From Nitrososphaerales archaeon (GTDB lineage: Archaea; Thermoproteota; Nitrososphaeria; Nitrososphaerales; UBA213), in assembly GCA_965197925.1 (NCBI GenBank), contig CBDAOC010000018.1, positions 256,001-320,000 of the forward strand: a DNA stretch of 64,000 bases, written 5' to 3'. The stretch's first letter is position 1. Each line of letters opens with the position of its first letter. Made by a program: the position numbers and the translations under genes. Below are positions 1 through 11,205 of the stretch, one piece after another. The notes below the pieces were generated by a model. That model did no database searches. It was given only the letters and a program-made list of their open reading frames with translations, and had not been told where the DNA came from.

Positions 1-809
1 TAATAGATTGCCAGACAGAAGAACATTCGACAGAAGGTTCAAGGCCATATCAATTGACATAAGATCAAGGATAGATGTTATGGGTATGCTCTTCATAAAA
101 GATGGGTTGGTAGACCCAGCCATAGTATCCGTTGACAGTTCATTGTTGAAAGCAAAGGGACATGTATGGCATAGATCAAACATGAAGAAGAATGAAGTGC
201 CACGCTCCGGTATAGATACAGATGCTCGATGGGGCTACAGCAGAACCAAGGGATGGATATTCGAATACAAGATGCATCTAGCATGTAGCACAGGTTCGTT
301 GATAGTTCCATTATCAGCTGATTTCTCAACAGCTAACATTACTGATAACAAGATGTATGAAAGCATAACATCTTCATTGCCTACAGGAATGGTAAGGTAT
401 GTTGTAGGAGATGAAGGATATGATGATCACAAGTTATGTGATTTCAACAGGTAAAGGATTCCTGCTTATATTTCCATTGTAAAGGTATGAGCATACTATA
501 GACAATGATAGGTAGCTTTATTACAGTTCTATCAATCGGAATTTGGACAGCATGCATATTCGCAAATAAGTATAAGCGTTGAACCATTGATAGAGGACAT
601 AAAGGATGTATTTGATATAGGCCCACTACCTGTTTAGAGGATTTGATAAAACTAGCAGCATCGTTCTGATTTCTATATTGCTATACCAGCTGATGGTATA
701 CTACAACTACTTGACAGGAAGGCCTCTGAAGGATTTGAAGCACAGGCTGGGAAGCTAAAGAAACAATATCAAAATATTATTATTGTTATTGAATTATACC
801 CAAGCCTCA
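1..809 (+). mobile_element. IS element (DDE_Tnp_1-type transposase, 'GAGGC-TIR' family); left end cut by the window, frameshifted
   Basis: ORF 8-454 is nearly identical to the transposases at 15581-16282 and 42486-43043 (VDSSLLKA...GDEGYD). It ends in the right TIR AATTATACCCAAGCCTCA. There is a premature stop at 454. Confidence 0.9.
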
Positions 810-1067
810 AGTAGTTGGGTAACATAATAGACAAGAATTTAAATCATATTCCGATTCATCATGTATTAGTCAAGTAATCCTGCTCTATATTTCGTACATA
901 AGGGAAAAGATATGTAATGTTTGCCGTTCAAATTGAGAAACTAAATCCAAAATTGAGCGTATTTTTTAACATAATTTTGAACATTATTGGTTTGAGTTTG
1001 TGATAATCACTACATCAGCATCTGGTCGAGGTCAACAACAATAATTTCAATAATTTGAACGTGAGAA

Positions 1068-1143
1068 TGGGGTCGGTGGGATTTGAACCCACGATCACCA
1101 GCGCCCCGGGCTGGTATCTTTGACCAAGCTAGACAACGACCCC
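1068..1143 (-). tRNA. tRNA-Pro(GGG)
   Basis: Cloverleaf GGGGTCG...CGACCCC-A, anticodon arm CCAGC-CCGGGGC-GCTGG, T-loop TTCAAAT. Confidence 0.93.
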
Positions 1144-1719
1144 ATGAGGGTCTTGATCATGTTTTTGGGTTATTTATTTCAGCAAGATTACCTAATCATT
1201 AGACAATATTTCAACTCATTTCCAGTGATTTATACAGCTCTTAATTTCCACTTTTGCTCTCGCCAGGGTTAGTAGAAATTAGAAGTGCTTAATTACTCCC
1301 AAATCTGTTGCATTTATAGAATCCAGTCCTAGATAGGTTTTCTAACTATTGTATGTATTGTAAAACCAATGGTGACAATCCCGTTATGAATTTTCACCTA
1401 GATTACAAGCTTCAGAAAAATACACTATATAGTTTGGTGATGAAACCCTTAGAGATTGTAAACATGAATCTACCTATAAAAAAAAAGATTATTGTGAAGA
1501 CATTATCAAACAAGTTATTCTTTATGATACTCTCGACAAAAATTGTAGCAAAAAATTGCAATGTATTAGGCTAAAGATCGATTTATTAAGAAAACGAGAG
1601 GAACAAGATTTTAGCACTGAATTTAATTATATGCGCTCAATTCTTTAGATACCCTTTAAGTTTTCCGTTTTATTATAACTTACTATAAAAAGAAGAAAAT
1701 ATAGGGCCCATTAAAAGGC

Positions 1720-2205
1720 CTATCTTGATTTTACCTTCACTTTTTTCTTGGGTTTAATGTTAGTTTTTACCTTACCTATTGATTTCACTTTAATTTTCTT
1801 TGTTTTCCCTCTGAGTATCATCTCTGTATTCTTTTCTATCAAGGTAACTTGCTTGTTGATCTGCCTCATCCATGATTGAATCTCTTTAGTTGTGTATAAT
1901 TGCTTTTGACTGTTCTTGAGTTGACCCTGAATGGGTCGTAGTATTTTTTCTATATTCTGCAGTTGCTCTTGTTGCTTCTTGAAAAGGGTTGAGAGACGGG
2001 CAATATTTGGACCAGTATCCTTTTTCTTTGTAGATTTTGCTCTCGGTTTTAGTTCCTTAGGTTTAGGCTTAGGCTCGAGCATTATCTGCTCATTCTGAGA
2101 CGATTCCAAAGGGTTTGGCAAATCTGAGGTAACTTCTAAACCTTCTGCTGCATTTTGGGTATCTGTTGTTGTTTGAGATATTTCAGGTTCACTAAATTGC
2201 GACAT
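1720..2205 (-). CDS. hypothetical protein (acidic N-terminus, coiled coil, Lys-rich C-terminal tail)
   Basis: 161-aa ORF with Q/K-rich heptad-like middle and a basic tail. An IS sits 5 bp upstream of the ATG. Confidence 0.7.
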   Translation of the reverse strand: MSQFSEPEISQTTTDTQNAAEGLEVTSDLPNPLESSQNEQIMLEPKPKPKELKPRAKSTKKKDTGPNIARLSTLFKKQQEQLQNIEKILRPIQGQLKNSQKQLYTTKEIQSWMRQINKQVTLIEKNTEMILRGKTKKIKVKSIGKVKTNIKPKKKVKVKSR

Positions 2206-2210
2206 ACTTA

Positions 2211-3251
2211 GGGCTTATCCTAAAATTAACATCATAGCCTAATTGTTTATACCGAAACAGATCTAGATCTGTCTCTCTAGCTAAATTTGTGAGAAAATCA
2301 AAGAAAAAGAGCATGCCGACCATATGGCATATACCAAATGATCTATGGGTAGAGTTCAAACTAGTACTGCCGCCAGGGAAACCAGCAAGAACAGTTGGAA
2401 GGCCAGCTGTACCATTTAGAAAAGTGTTGAATGGAATACTGTACGTATTAAGAACTGGATGCCAGTGGAAGAAGGTATCTAAAGAATTTGGTTCTGGTTC
2501 AACTTGCCATGCAAGATTTCAGGAATGGATTGGGATAGGAGTATTCAAGAAGGTATGGAAGAGGCTGCTGGAAATATATGATGAATTGAAGGGTATAGGA
2601 TGGGACTAGCAATCCATGGATAGCGTACCGAAGGCCCCATTAGGGGGAAAACGACCGGAGCAAACCCAACGGATAGAGGCAAGCTAGGTACCAAACGTCA
2701 CATGCTGGTTGATAGAAGAAGAGTACCTCTCTCATCTGTAATTACTGGAACAAATAAACACGATATGAAATCAGCCTTTCCTACAATAGATAGCATTGTT
2801 GTTGATAGGCCCAAAGTTAAACAGAACATATGCATGAATAGGATATGATTTTCCAGAGATAGAGTATGGAGTTAGGAGAAGGGGATATGTGGATCACATT
2901 CGTCGTAAGGGTGAAGTATTGAAAAAGAATTTGTACAAAGCAAAGGTGGGTTGTAGAAAGAACCGCATCTTGGCATAACAGGTTCAGAAAGTTATTGGTA
3001 AGGTTCGAGAAGAGAGAGGAAAATTATCAGGCGCTAGTAGAATTTGCTAACTGCCTAATAGTGTACAGAGCGATATATTGGTAGTGTCATAAACACGTTA
3101 ATGCAACTGTCTCTAGTATCTACTATCTACAATACTAATAAAATCAATAGTAAGAAAACTAAACCTGGCAGTATGAACTAATATTCTTGCATTCTAAATG
3201 TTATCATTTCTACCAATCATTAACTATCAGCTAGAATTTTAGGATAGACTC
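2211..3251 (+). mobile_element. IS5-family element, copy 1, defective
   Basis: TIRs GGGCTTATCCTAAAATT / AATTTTAGGATAGACTC, TTA on both flanks. IS5 OrfA motifs LRTGCQW and GSGSTCH. TGG>TAG stop at 2607-2609 relative to the other copies. Confidence 0.93.
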
Positions 3252-3577
3252 TTAAACGACTTTGCCGTTCTTAAAATCGTTTGTGATGGATTTTTATGTA
3301 TTTCTTTGTAAGAATTCTCCAACTTCGAGCCTTCGCCGAGTGCAACAATTAAAATCCTGTAAATAATAACCCTTAACAAGTATACGGGAGTATTACACAA
3401 CATAAGATGAGTTTAGGTTCTTTACAAATCAAGATTTTCATAGATTACTTTTCATTACATATCGTCAACAACTGATTTTTATTAGAAGAATAAGCTGCAT
3501 CCAATACTATCTACACTCTTATCCTTATCTAGATTATTTGATTATTATTTTCTTCCTAAAATATTGTTATTTTTGGT

Positions 3578-3716
3578 GCCTTGTTGCATAACTATGAAAT
3601 CCTATTACTGAATAACGAAATTATTCTGTTATTGTGGTATGAAATTCTTAATTGCATTTCCATTATTTAACCATAAGACAAAAAATTACAGAATCTTTGA
3701 GTTATGCAACAAAGTG
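3578..3716. mobile_element. MITE, copy 1 (IS5/IS903-like ends)
   Basis: TIR GCCTTGTTGCATAAC / GTTATGCAACAAAGT, flanked by the direct repeat ATTTTTGGT. Homologous to 12938-13076. Confidence 0.85.
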
Positions 3717-3898
3717 ATTTTTGGTATTAAACAAACTGATCCAGTTCTTCTGACGAAGTTAGTTCAATTTAATATTAGGAATTATTATTCAGATGTAATT
3801 TCTTGACAAACCACCAGCACTGGGAAATAATTATCCTACTATAATACACTTTTAAAATAAGATGATTAATAAAGAGCAAGTCTCGAATTTCCAGACGC

Positions 3899-4702
3899 TT
3901 ATCCTGCTGAAAGATCCCAGTAGTTAGCATCTTTTACTACCTCTGTGGGAAGGCCCAGGGACTTCCATTCCCTCAATGACTTTGCGTACAGCTTTACGTT
4001 TTTGTAGCCAGCAAGGAGTAATCCATAATAGGCCAATCCTGAAAGCGTGCCTACGCTGCCACAATATGTGATTACTTCTTTGGTATCAGAAATTCCACGG
4101 TTATTTACAAGTCTCTTAAGCTCCTCAGGGGGTCTCAGGATGCTATCCTCTCCGGAGAAGGTCTTCCAAGGAATGTTAATTGCTTTAGGTATGTGATGAT
4201 CCAGATAGTTCAAGCGCTCCCTAGAGTCAAGCAACACTTTGCCGTCACTTTCTACCGAAGAATTAACATAATCTGCAGTAGCAAGAATATCATCATTTAT
4301 CTTTAGTGAATGCACTGCTTTCTTGTAAACTGTCTTATTTTGCTCTATATTTAGGCCCATCGATTTCCAAGAGCTGTAGGTAACTGCTAATAATGAAACA
4401 TTTTGGTGCCCTATATATTCAAGTGCCCAGGCAACCCTTGCTGCTATTGCACCGAAGGTATCATCGTAAACTACAACATGTATATTATCATCAATACCCA
4501 CATTTGCGAATATATCTACTATCTTTTCTAAATTCTCTGCATTTAGTAATTGTGCCAACGGTATGGATACAGCAGTAGGTATATGTCCAATGTCGTATTC
4601 TTCAACTTTTCTTACATCAACTATTCTTGTCTCCTTCTTTTCAATTGCCTCTATCAGATCATAAGGATCAATAAGAATAGGATATGTTGTTGATCTATGC
4701 AT
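3899..4702 (-). CDS. tandem-domain rhodanese / thiosulfate sulfurtransferase
   Basis: Motifs GHIPTA, VVVYDD, AARVAW, HIPKAINIPW, YCGSVGT. Confidence 0.92.
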   Translation of the reverse strand: MHRSTTYPILIDPYDLIEAIEKKETRIVDVRKVEEYDIGHIPTAVSIPLAQLLNAENLEKIVDIFANVGIDDNIHVVVYDDTFGAIAARVAWALEYIGHQNVSLLAVTYSSWKSMGLNIEQNKTVYKKAVHSLKINDDILATADYVNSSVESDGKVLLDSRERLNYLDHHIPKAINIPWKTFSGEDSILRPPEELKRLVNNRGISDTKEVITYCGSVGTLSGLAYYGLLLAGYKNVKLYAKSLREWKSLGLPTEVVKDANYWDLSAG

Positions 4703-4720
4703 GGTTGATTGTCACTGATT

Positions 4721-6520
4721 TTAAGCTGCACATTCGCCTCTAGCTGTCTTCGCTGAAAACATACCATCATTACCATAGTCCATGTACGATACGGGGCTCT
4801 GCTCTACACTTGGGAGCTGTGCAACTTCATCGACAATAATCTTCAAATCTCCTACATTCTTCACAGTCATAGAGCCCTCACCTCTTAGAATCCTTGATAT
4901 CCATTCATTTAGGTTTCCACCTTCATTCCTTTCCTGTTTGTAAAGTTCCACAATTTTCAATACAACGTCTATAACCCTCTTTGCTGGAACCCTTGTGAAG
5001 ACTTTGCCAAGGGAAGCGTTTTCACCGGTACTACCTCCCAAGAGCATTATGTACGTGGGTGCCAGGGTATTATTCACTCTTGATGCACCACCATAGAAAC
5101 CCATAGTAGCCACTTCGTGCTGTCCACAGGAATTTGGACATCCACTTATCTTTATCGTTGAATCCCTCAATCCGTCATCCATATGAAGGTCAAGTTCTAT
5201 AAACTTGGCTTGTATTTCTTTTGAAAGTCTATGTGAATTTGTTATTGCTAAGTTGCAAGACGTTGTTCCAACACATCCTACGGTTGACGCCATAGTCAAT
5301 GCCCCTGAATTTGCAAGGCCTACTTGTACAAGCCCCTGATAGAGGTCGAGGAGATCTGATTGGAGAACCCATCTTAATACTATATCCTGTGATGGTGTTG
5401 TACGGACACATCTATCTGCAGTGAATTCTCTACATATATCTGCTAGTGCCTTAAGCTGACTAACGGAAATATCTCCAGATTGTAACGTTATAAATGCCAC
5501 TACATACCCTTGCTGCTTCTGTTGCACTACATTTGTGTGTAACCACTTTTGATAGCCTAATGGATTAGCAGTGGATTCATGTGAGACGATTGACGATGCA
5601 ACCATTGGTACTTGCTTTTCCTCGATCTCAAGCTTAGTAGCTGTGGACTTTGTAGCATTTACAATTATGCGCTCCTTTAAAACAAGCTCCTGAAACTTTT
5701 CAAAACCCATATCATGTACCATATACCTCATTCGATTTCTGTGCATTTTTTCTCTATTACCAAGTCTATCAAACAGCCTTATAGTTGCTATACATGTGGG
5801 CAAGACATTTTCCATAGGGGTAAATTCCTCAAGAAGCTCAGCGATGAATGAAGCTGGACCCAATCCACCTCCTAGATAAATCCTGAAGCCTTTGATCTCC
5901 TCTTCATTGATTTTTTTCACCATTGGAACAAGCCCTATATCGGCTATCCTGACAAGACTGTGTTTTTCACAACACGCAAAGTTGAACTTGAATTTTCTTG
6001 GCAGGTTCTGATTCAATGGATTTCTCAGAAAGAACTTTGCGACTGCGTTTGCATAGGGAGTTGCATCAAAGGCCTCGTTTATACAGACGCCTGCAAAGTG
6101 ACTGCATATAACATTTCTTATAGTATTACCGCAAGCTTCCCTAGTTGTAATACCAACTTGAACCAGACCTCTCATAACTTCTGAAACATCATCCAGGTGA
6201 ACCCAATGCAGTTGAATGTTTTGTCTAGTTGATACATGAGCGCTTCCAATGGAAAATGCATCACTTAAAAAAGCTATTTTTTCTAATTGTTCTGGATCAA
6301 TTATACCAGAAGGTATCTTAATACGTACCATGCTGAAATCTGACTGCATCCTAGAACCGTAAGCTCCGTTTTGAAGCCTGAACCTTCGAAATTCGTCTTC
6401 ACTAATTTTTTTCTGCCTGTAAAGCTTTTCAAGTTCTGCGAAGGTATCGACCTCTTCTGGTCTACCCCAATTATCCCTAACCTTCTTTATCAATTGTCTA
6501 TTCCGTCCCTTGCTCATCAT
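4721..6520 (-). CDS. ferredoxin-dependent sulfite/nitrite reductase (siroheme)
   Basis: Motifs STRQNIQLH, NLPRKFK, GCVGTTSC, SGCPNSC. Adjacent to the sulfurtransferase, so probably an assimilatory sulfite reductase. Confidence 0.9.
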   Translation of the reverse strand: MMSKGRNRQLIKKVRDNWGRPEEVDTFAELEKLYRQKKISEDEFRRFRLQNGAYGSRMQSDFSMVRIKIPSGIIDPEQLEKIAFLSDAFSIGSAHVSTRQNIQLHWVHLDDVSEVMRGLVQVGITTREACGNTIRNVICSHFAGVCINEAFDATPYANAVAKFFLRNPLNQNLPRKFKFNFACCEKHSLVRIADIGLVPMVKKINEEEIKGFRIYLGGGLGPASFIAELLEEFTPMENVLPTCIATIRLFDRLGNREKMHRNRMRYMVHDMGFEKFQELVLKERIIVNATKSTATKLEIEEKQVPMVASSIVSHESTANPLGYQKWLHTNVVQQKQQGYVVAFITLQSGDISVSQLKALADICREFTADRCVRTTPSQDIVLRWVLQSDLLDLYQGLVQVGLANSGALTMASTVGCVGTTSCNLAITNSHRLSKEIQAKFIELDLHMDDGLRDSTIKISGCPNSCGQHEVATMGFYGGASRVNNTLAPTYIMLLGGSTGENASLGKVFTRVPAKRVIDVVLKIVELYKQERNEGGNLNEWISRILRGEGSMTVKNVGDLKIIVDEVAQLPSVEQSPVSYMDYGNDGMFSAKTARGECAA

Positions 6521-6698
6521 AAAGCTATATTCCTCATAGTGAGTATATGACCATTATAAGATATAATTCATTCCATTAATGATAATTTGCATCGAAAATA
6601 AAAATTGAGTTTATAAAGGTTTAGCATGGTGGACCACAATTAGACTACGGTCTGTCAGATGAGATGTAGTAAGATTCTTTCGAAACACAGTAGATTTA

Positions 6699-7736
6699 GA
6701 GCTTATCCGAAAATTAACATCATAGCCTAATTGTTTATACCGAAACAGATCTAGATCTGTCTCTCTAGCTAAATTTGTGAGAAAATCAAAGAAAAAGAGC
6801 ATGCCGACCATATGGCATATACCAGACAATCTATGGGAAGAGTTCAAACTAGTGTTGCCACCAGAGAAACCAGCAAGAACAGTTGGAAGGCCAGCTGTAC
6901 CATTTAGAAAAGTGTTGAATGGAATACTGTACGTATTAAGAACTGGATGCCAGTGGAAGAAGGTATCTAAAGAATTTGGTTCTGGTTCAACTTGCCATGC
7001 AAGATTTCAGGAATGGATTGGGATAGGAGTATTCAAGAAGGTATGGAAGAGGCTGCTGGAAATATATGATGAATTGAAGGGTATAGGATGGGACTGGCAA
7101 TCCATGGATAGCGTACCGAAGGCCCCATTAGGGGGAAAACGACCGGAGCAAACCCAACGGATAGAGGCAAGCTAGGTACCAAACGTCACATGCTGGTTGA
7201 TAGAAGAGGTATTCCTCTCTCATCTGTAATTACTGGAACAAATAAACACGATATGAAATCAGCCTTTCCTACAATAGATAGCATTGTTGTTGATAGGCCC
7301 AAAGTTAAACAGAACATATGCATGAATAGGATATGATTTCCCTGAGATAGAGTATGGAGTTAGGAAGGGGATATGTGGATCACATTCGTCGTAAGGGTGA
7401 AGTGTTGAAAAAGAATTTGTACAAAGCAAAGAGATGGGTTGTAGAAAGAACCGCATCTTGGCATAACAGGTTCAGAAAGTTATTGGTAAGGTTCGAGAAG
7501 AAGGAAAATTATCAGGCGCTAGTAGAATTTGCTAACTGCCTAATAGTGTATAGAGCGATATATTGGTAGTGTCATAAACACGTTAATGCAACTGTTTCTA
7601 GTATCTACTATCTACAATACTAATAAAATCAATAGTAAGAAAACTAAACCTGACAGTATGAACTAATATTCTTGCATTCTAAATGTTATCATTTCTACCA
7701 ATCGTTAACTATCAGCTAGAATTTTAGGATAGGCTC
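6699..7736 (+). mobile_element. IS5-family element, copy 2
   Basis: TIRs GAGCTTATCCGAAAATT / AATTTTAGGATAGGCTC with TTA flanks. ORFs 6777-7175 and 7354-7569 (RWVVERT..W). Confidence 0.93.
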
Positions 7737-8322
7737 TTAGTTGAAACCCTAAATTCCAGTTGATATCGCTCACTTTATACTCTCCAAATATTGATATAAG
7801 ATTCTCCCAACCAAGTATCAACAATTAGCAAATTCTCTAATTTTGTAGACAAATCTTCAGGGCTATCAAAAATTACATTAGTATAGTGGTTAGTACCTCC
7901 AGTTTGGTTTAACATATTCTACCTTGAAGAGCATACTTCCACAGTTTGGGGAAGGGTTTATCTCTTGTAACCTGGTCATATAAAGATCCATAATTAATAA
8001 ACTTACAATGGGCAATTGCTCAGCTTCTAATATTTATCTACTCTTTGATTTATCTATACATACTAAATTTTTCCTTTCTTGTTACCACTATTGACATCGT
8101 TCTGGATAAAAATTATCAGAGTGGAAAAGGTTTTACATTTAATGGAAGTATACACAAAATGGCAGCATGAATAACCAATATAAAAATGGTCAACAAAATA
8201 GAACGGATCCAAGTAGGTCATCAATCTTCACTATTTCTGTTCTGTTACTTAATTCATAAAAATCAAGGTGCCTTTATAGGTTTATTCCACAAGGGTGATT
8301 GTTCGATACTCAAAAACTAGAT

Positions 8323-10008
8323 TCATCCTACAAAATTGTCATCTATCAAGATTCCGTTTCTAGAATAATCTACATCAATAGAAATAATGATAGGTGTTTC
8401 CTTTGATTGCTTCGCTTTTTCCATGATTCCTGGAAAATCTTTAGTGGAACTAACCGAGTATCCTTTAGCACCAAAACTCTTGGCTAACATTACAAAGTCA
8501 GGATTATTAAAAGAGGTAAATGCAGTTCTTCCAAATTCATCCATTTGCTTCAAAGAAATCAAACCAAATTCCCTATCACACCAAATGATAATTATTATTG
8601 GTAGTTTAAGGCGAACGGCGGTCTCAACTTCTTGAAGGTTCATAAGAAAAGCACCATCACCACACATTGCCACAATAGTCCTATCCTGATAAACCAATTG
8701 AGCCACAATTGCACCAGGTAAAGAGAATCCCATAGAACAAAATCCGTTTGGTATTAAACATGTGTTGGGGTAGTATGTATTGTATAATTTTGCTATCCAT
8801 AATTTGTGAGCCCCAACATCTGAAATCACAATATCTTTTTTATCCAGTGCACTTCTGACATCAAATAATAGCTTTTCAGGTTTAATCGGATAATCAAGAC
8901 TATTTTTGTATTTCTGAGTTCTCTCAAGCACCTCTTTCTTAATATTCTTAAAGGTTTCTGGAATGTCATGACATGGAAAGTATTTTAGACTAGGATTCTG
9001 GCTTTTTTCTTTTTCCAATTCACTTATGATCGAATCAATTGTTAATGCAATATCGGCAACAATCTCAACCGCTGGAGGATAGTAGGTGTCTACCTCTGCC
9101 GGAGTGAAATCAATATGAATAATCTTCTTATCTAAATCACCATTCCAATATTGAGGACTGTATTCAACCAAATCATATCCTATGGCAATAACTAGGTCTG
9201 CTTTTTTCATTGCTATTAAGGCATGATCAGCTGTTCTGATACCAATGGTTTGGAGGTGTCTTTCTGACTCATCCGAGATAACACCCTTTCCCATGAAAGT
9301 GTTCATCGAGCATATCCCCGTCCGTTCTAAGTACTTTCTTACGTGGGAGCTAGCATTTTCTCTTATACAGCCATTTCCTATAAGAACTAGGGGTCTCTCC
9401 GCGTCTAGAATTAACTTCACTGCTTTATCAATCAAAGACTTGTTAGGTTGGGAACGTAAGACTTCCTGCCTTCTAATAGGTTTGATGTAAGATTCTTCCT
9501 TCGCCACGTCCTGGGGTAATTCTATATGAGTAGCACCAGCCTTTTCCTCCATAGCTATCTTGAATGCTCTCCTAACAATTTCAGGAATGATATCAGCATT
9601 ACGAATGGACCAATTCCATTTTGTGATCGGTTTAAACATAGTTATTACATCCATGTTTTGATGTGACTCCTTATGGAGAAGATGCGAGTCGGTCTGCCCA
9701 GTGATTGCCAAGACTCTCGATCTATCCATGTTTGCATTTGCTATACCAGTTGTCAAATTAGTAGCTCCTGGACCTAAAGTAGAGAGACAAACTCCCACTT
9801 TTCCAGTTAGTCTACCATAGACATCAGCCATGAAAGCAGCAGATTGTTCATGTCTAGTTAGAATAAATTTAATTTTTGAATTTAACAGAGAAATCATAAA
9901 ATCTGAATTCTCTTCTCCTGGTAGTCCAAAAATATAATCAACTCCTTCCTCCTCTAGACATTTAACGAACAACTCAGCGGCTTTCATTTTTTCCGTCAAA
10001 TTTTTCAC
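8323..10008 (-). CDS. acetolactate synthase large subunit-like TPP enzyme
   Basis: Motifs FGLPGEE, RHEQSAAFMA, TLGPGATN and TPP motif GDGAFLMN. Confidence 0.9.
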   Translation of the reverse strand: MKNLTEKMKAAELFVKCLEEEGVDYIFGLPGEENSDFMISLLNSKIKFILTRHEQSAAFMADVYGRLTGKVGVCLSTLGPGATNLTTGIANANMDRSRVLAITGQTDSHLLHKESHQNMDVITMFKPITKWNWSIRNADIIPEIVRRAFKIAMEEKAGATHIELPQDVAKEESYIKPIRRQEVLRSQPNKSLIDKAVKLILDAERPLVLIGNGCIRENASSHVRKYLERTGICSMNTFMGKGVISDESERHLQTIGIRTADHALIAMKKADLVIAIGYDLVEYSPQYWNGDLDKKIIHIDFTPAEVDTYYPPAVEIVADIALTIDSIISELEKEKSQNPSLKYFPCHDIPETFKNIKKEVLERTQKYKNSLDYPIKPEKLLFDVRSALDKKDIVISDVGAHKLWIAKLYNTYYPNTCLIPNGFCSMGFSLPGAIVAQLVYQDRTIVAMCGDGAFLMNLQEVETAVRLKLPIIIIIWCDREFGLISLKQMDEFGRTAFTSFNNPDFVMLAKSFGAKGYSVSSTKDFPGIMEKAKQSKETPIIISIDVDYSRNGILIDDNFVG

Positions 10009-10610
10009 CTATTTTTATATGTATTTGGATGAATATATCTTGATTGTCCGCCATCCCTAAAGAGAAAATCATATGGAGTATTAATCTTTATTTTCAAATA
10101 TTAGTAGAAAATTTAACTGCTTTTCAAATCACGTATGACTCGCCGATTCTAGAATCTTTTTGACTCTTTAATATACCTTCATTATGATATATTTTTGTAA
10201 TACACTTGACCTCGTAACTCTTCTTCAAAAGCTTCCTAGGACCTTCGGAAACATCCACATTTATTCGTGTACCCCTTGTAGTCTGTTATTACGAAAGCTG
10301 ACCCAACCAGAGTATTTTCAATAATAACAATTACGAAGGCTGACCCCAAGACTCGAGAGTCTAAAATATTCAACTTTATCTGGAAACCAGTGTATCTACA
10401 TTCCTTTCCAACCCTAAGAAGATTATCGAATTTTATTAATGAGTAGTTTGAGAGTGATAAAATATTATAGTTAAGATCAAATCTAACTACCTGTCGGGTC
10501 TGCGAAGAATATCTTGGAATCGCTTGTCAATACAGCGATACTAAGCCCTCTTGATAAGTCCGTTCTCTACCGAATTGCTCCATAGACGTAGATTGACAAC
10601 TCAGCACAAG

Positions 10611-10934
10611 TTATATCTCGTAGACATCTGATGATTTTGTAGCTGTTGTGGTCTCTCTTGGGTTAACTTCTTCTATTTTTTTCATAAGCTCTTCCATCTT
10701 AACATCACTTACTAGTCTCTTTATCTCATCAAGCTCAACACTAGATTTTATAACAACCCCCCTCTTCTTTGTGGGGGCACCTGATGAATCGACAGGATTC
10801 ACTTCAACACACACAGAAGACTTTCTTCCCTTATATGATGGCAATCTTAGAAGGAATACTCCTTTCATCGATGTCTGTTTCCTTTCCCAATCTTTACCAC
10901 TGCTGAGAAATTCCAAGAGCTTTTCATCTGGCAC
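10611..10934 (-). CDS. conserved archaeal hypothetical protein
   Basis: 107-aa ORF (DWER...VEVNPVD...PTKKRG) with natural composition. Confidence 0.75.
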   Translation of the reverse strand: MPDEKLLEFLSSGKDWERKQTSMKGVFLLRLPSYKGRKSSVCVEVNPVDSSGAPTKKRGVVIKSSVELDEIKRLVSDVKMEELMKKIEEVNPRETTTATKSSDVYEI

Positions 10935-11205
10935 GACTTAAATTTGCCCTACTTGAATAAAAATATACGCTTATTTATTGAGGAATTATTGCTATTTTTT
11001 GAACGTCCCTTGCTGGAGTACTTTTGAATTGTTAATTTAAGAAAGATATTATTCTCTTTTGGACTATTTTAAGACTACACAAATATGTTTTTGTAAGATA
11101 AATACATCGAAGACCTACTCATAAGAGGGTCACATGTACAAAGTATAATCGAGACCTCCATAAAATAACTCTTGAATAAATAAGGTTTTTTCAAATAATT
11201 ACACA

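Noticed and set aside
1353..1574. Short AT-rich ORFs (also 12993-13187, 27801-27989, 40644-40952, 43421-43633) and antisense ORFs inside real genes
   Set aside because: No motifs; they overlap MITE/IS remnants or are shadows of genes on the opposite strand.
7745..7979. Short minus-strand ORF MTRLQEINPSPNCGSMLF and an off-frame continuation
   Set aside because: Possibly a decayed gene next to an IS, but no family is recognisable and no BHB repairs it.
10288..10346. Possible mini-CRISPR array
   Set aside because: Only two 17-bp units, too short for CRISPR repeats, and no cas genes in the window.
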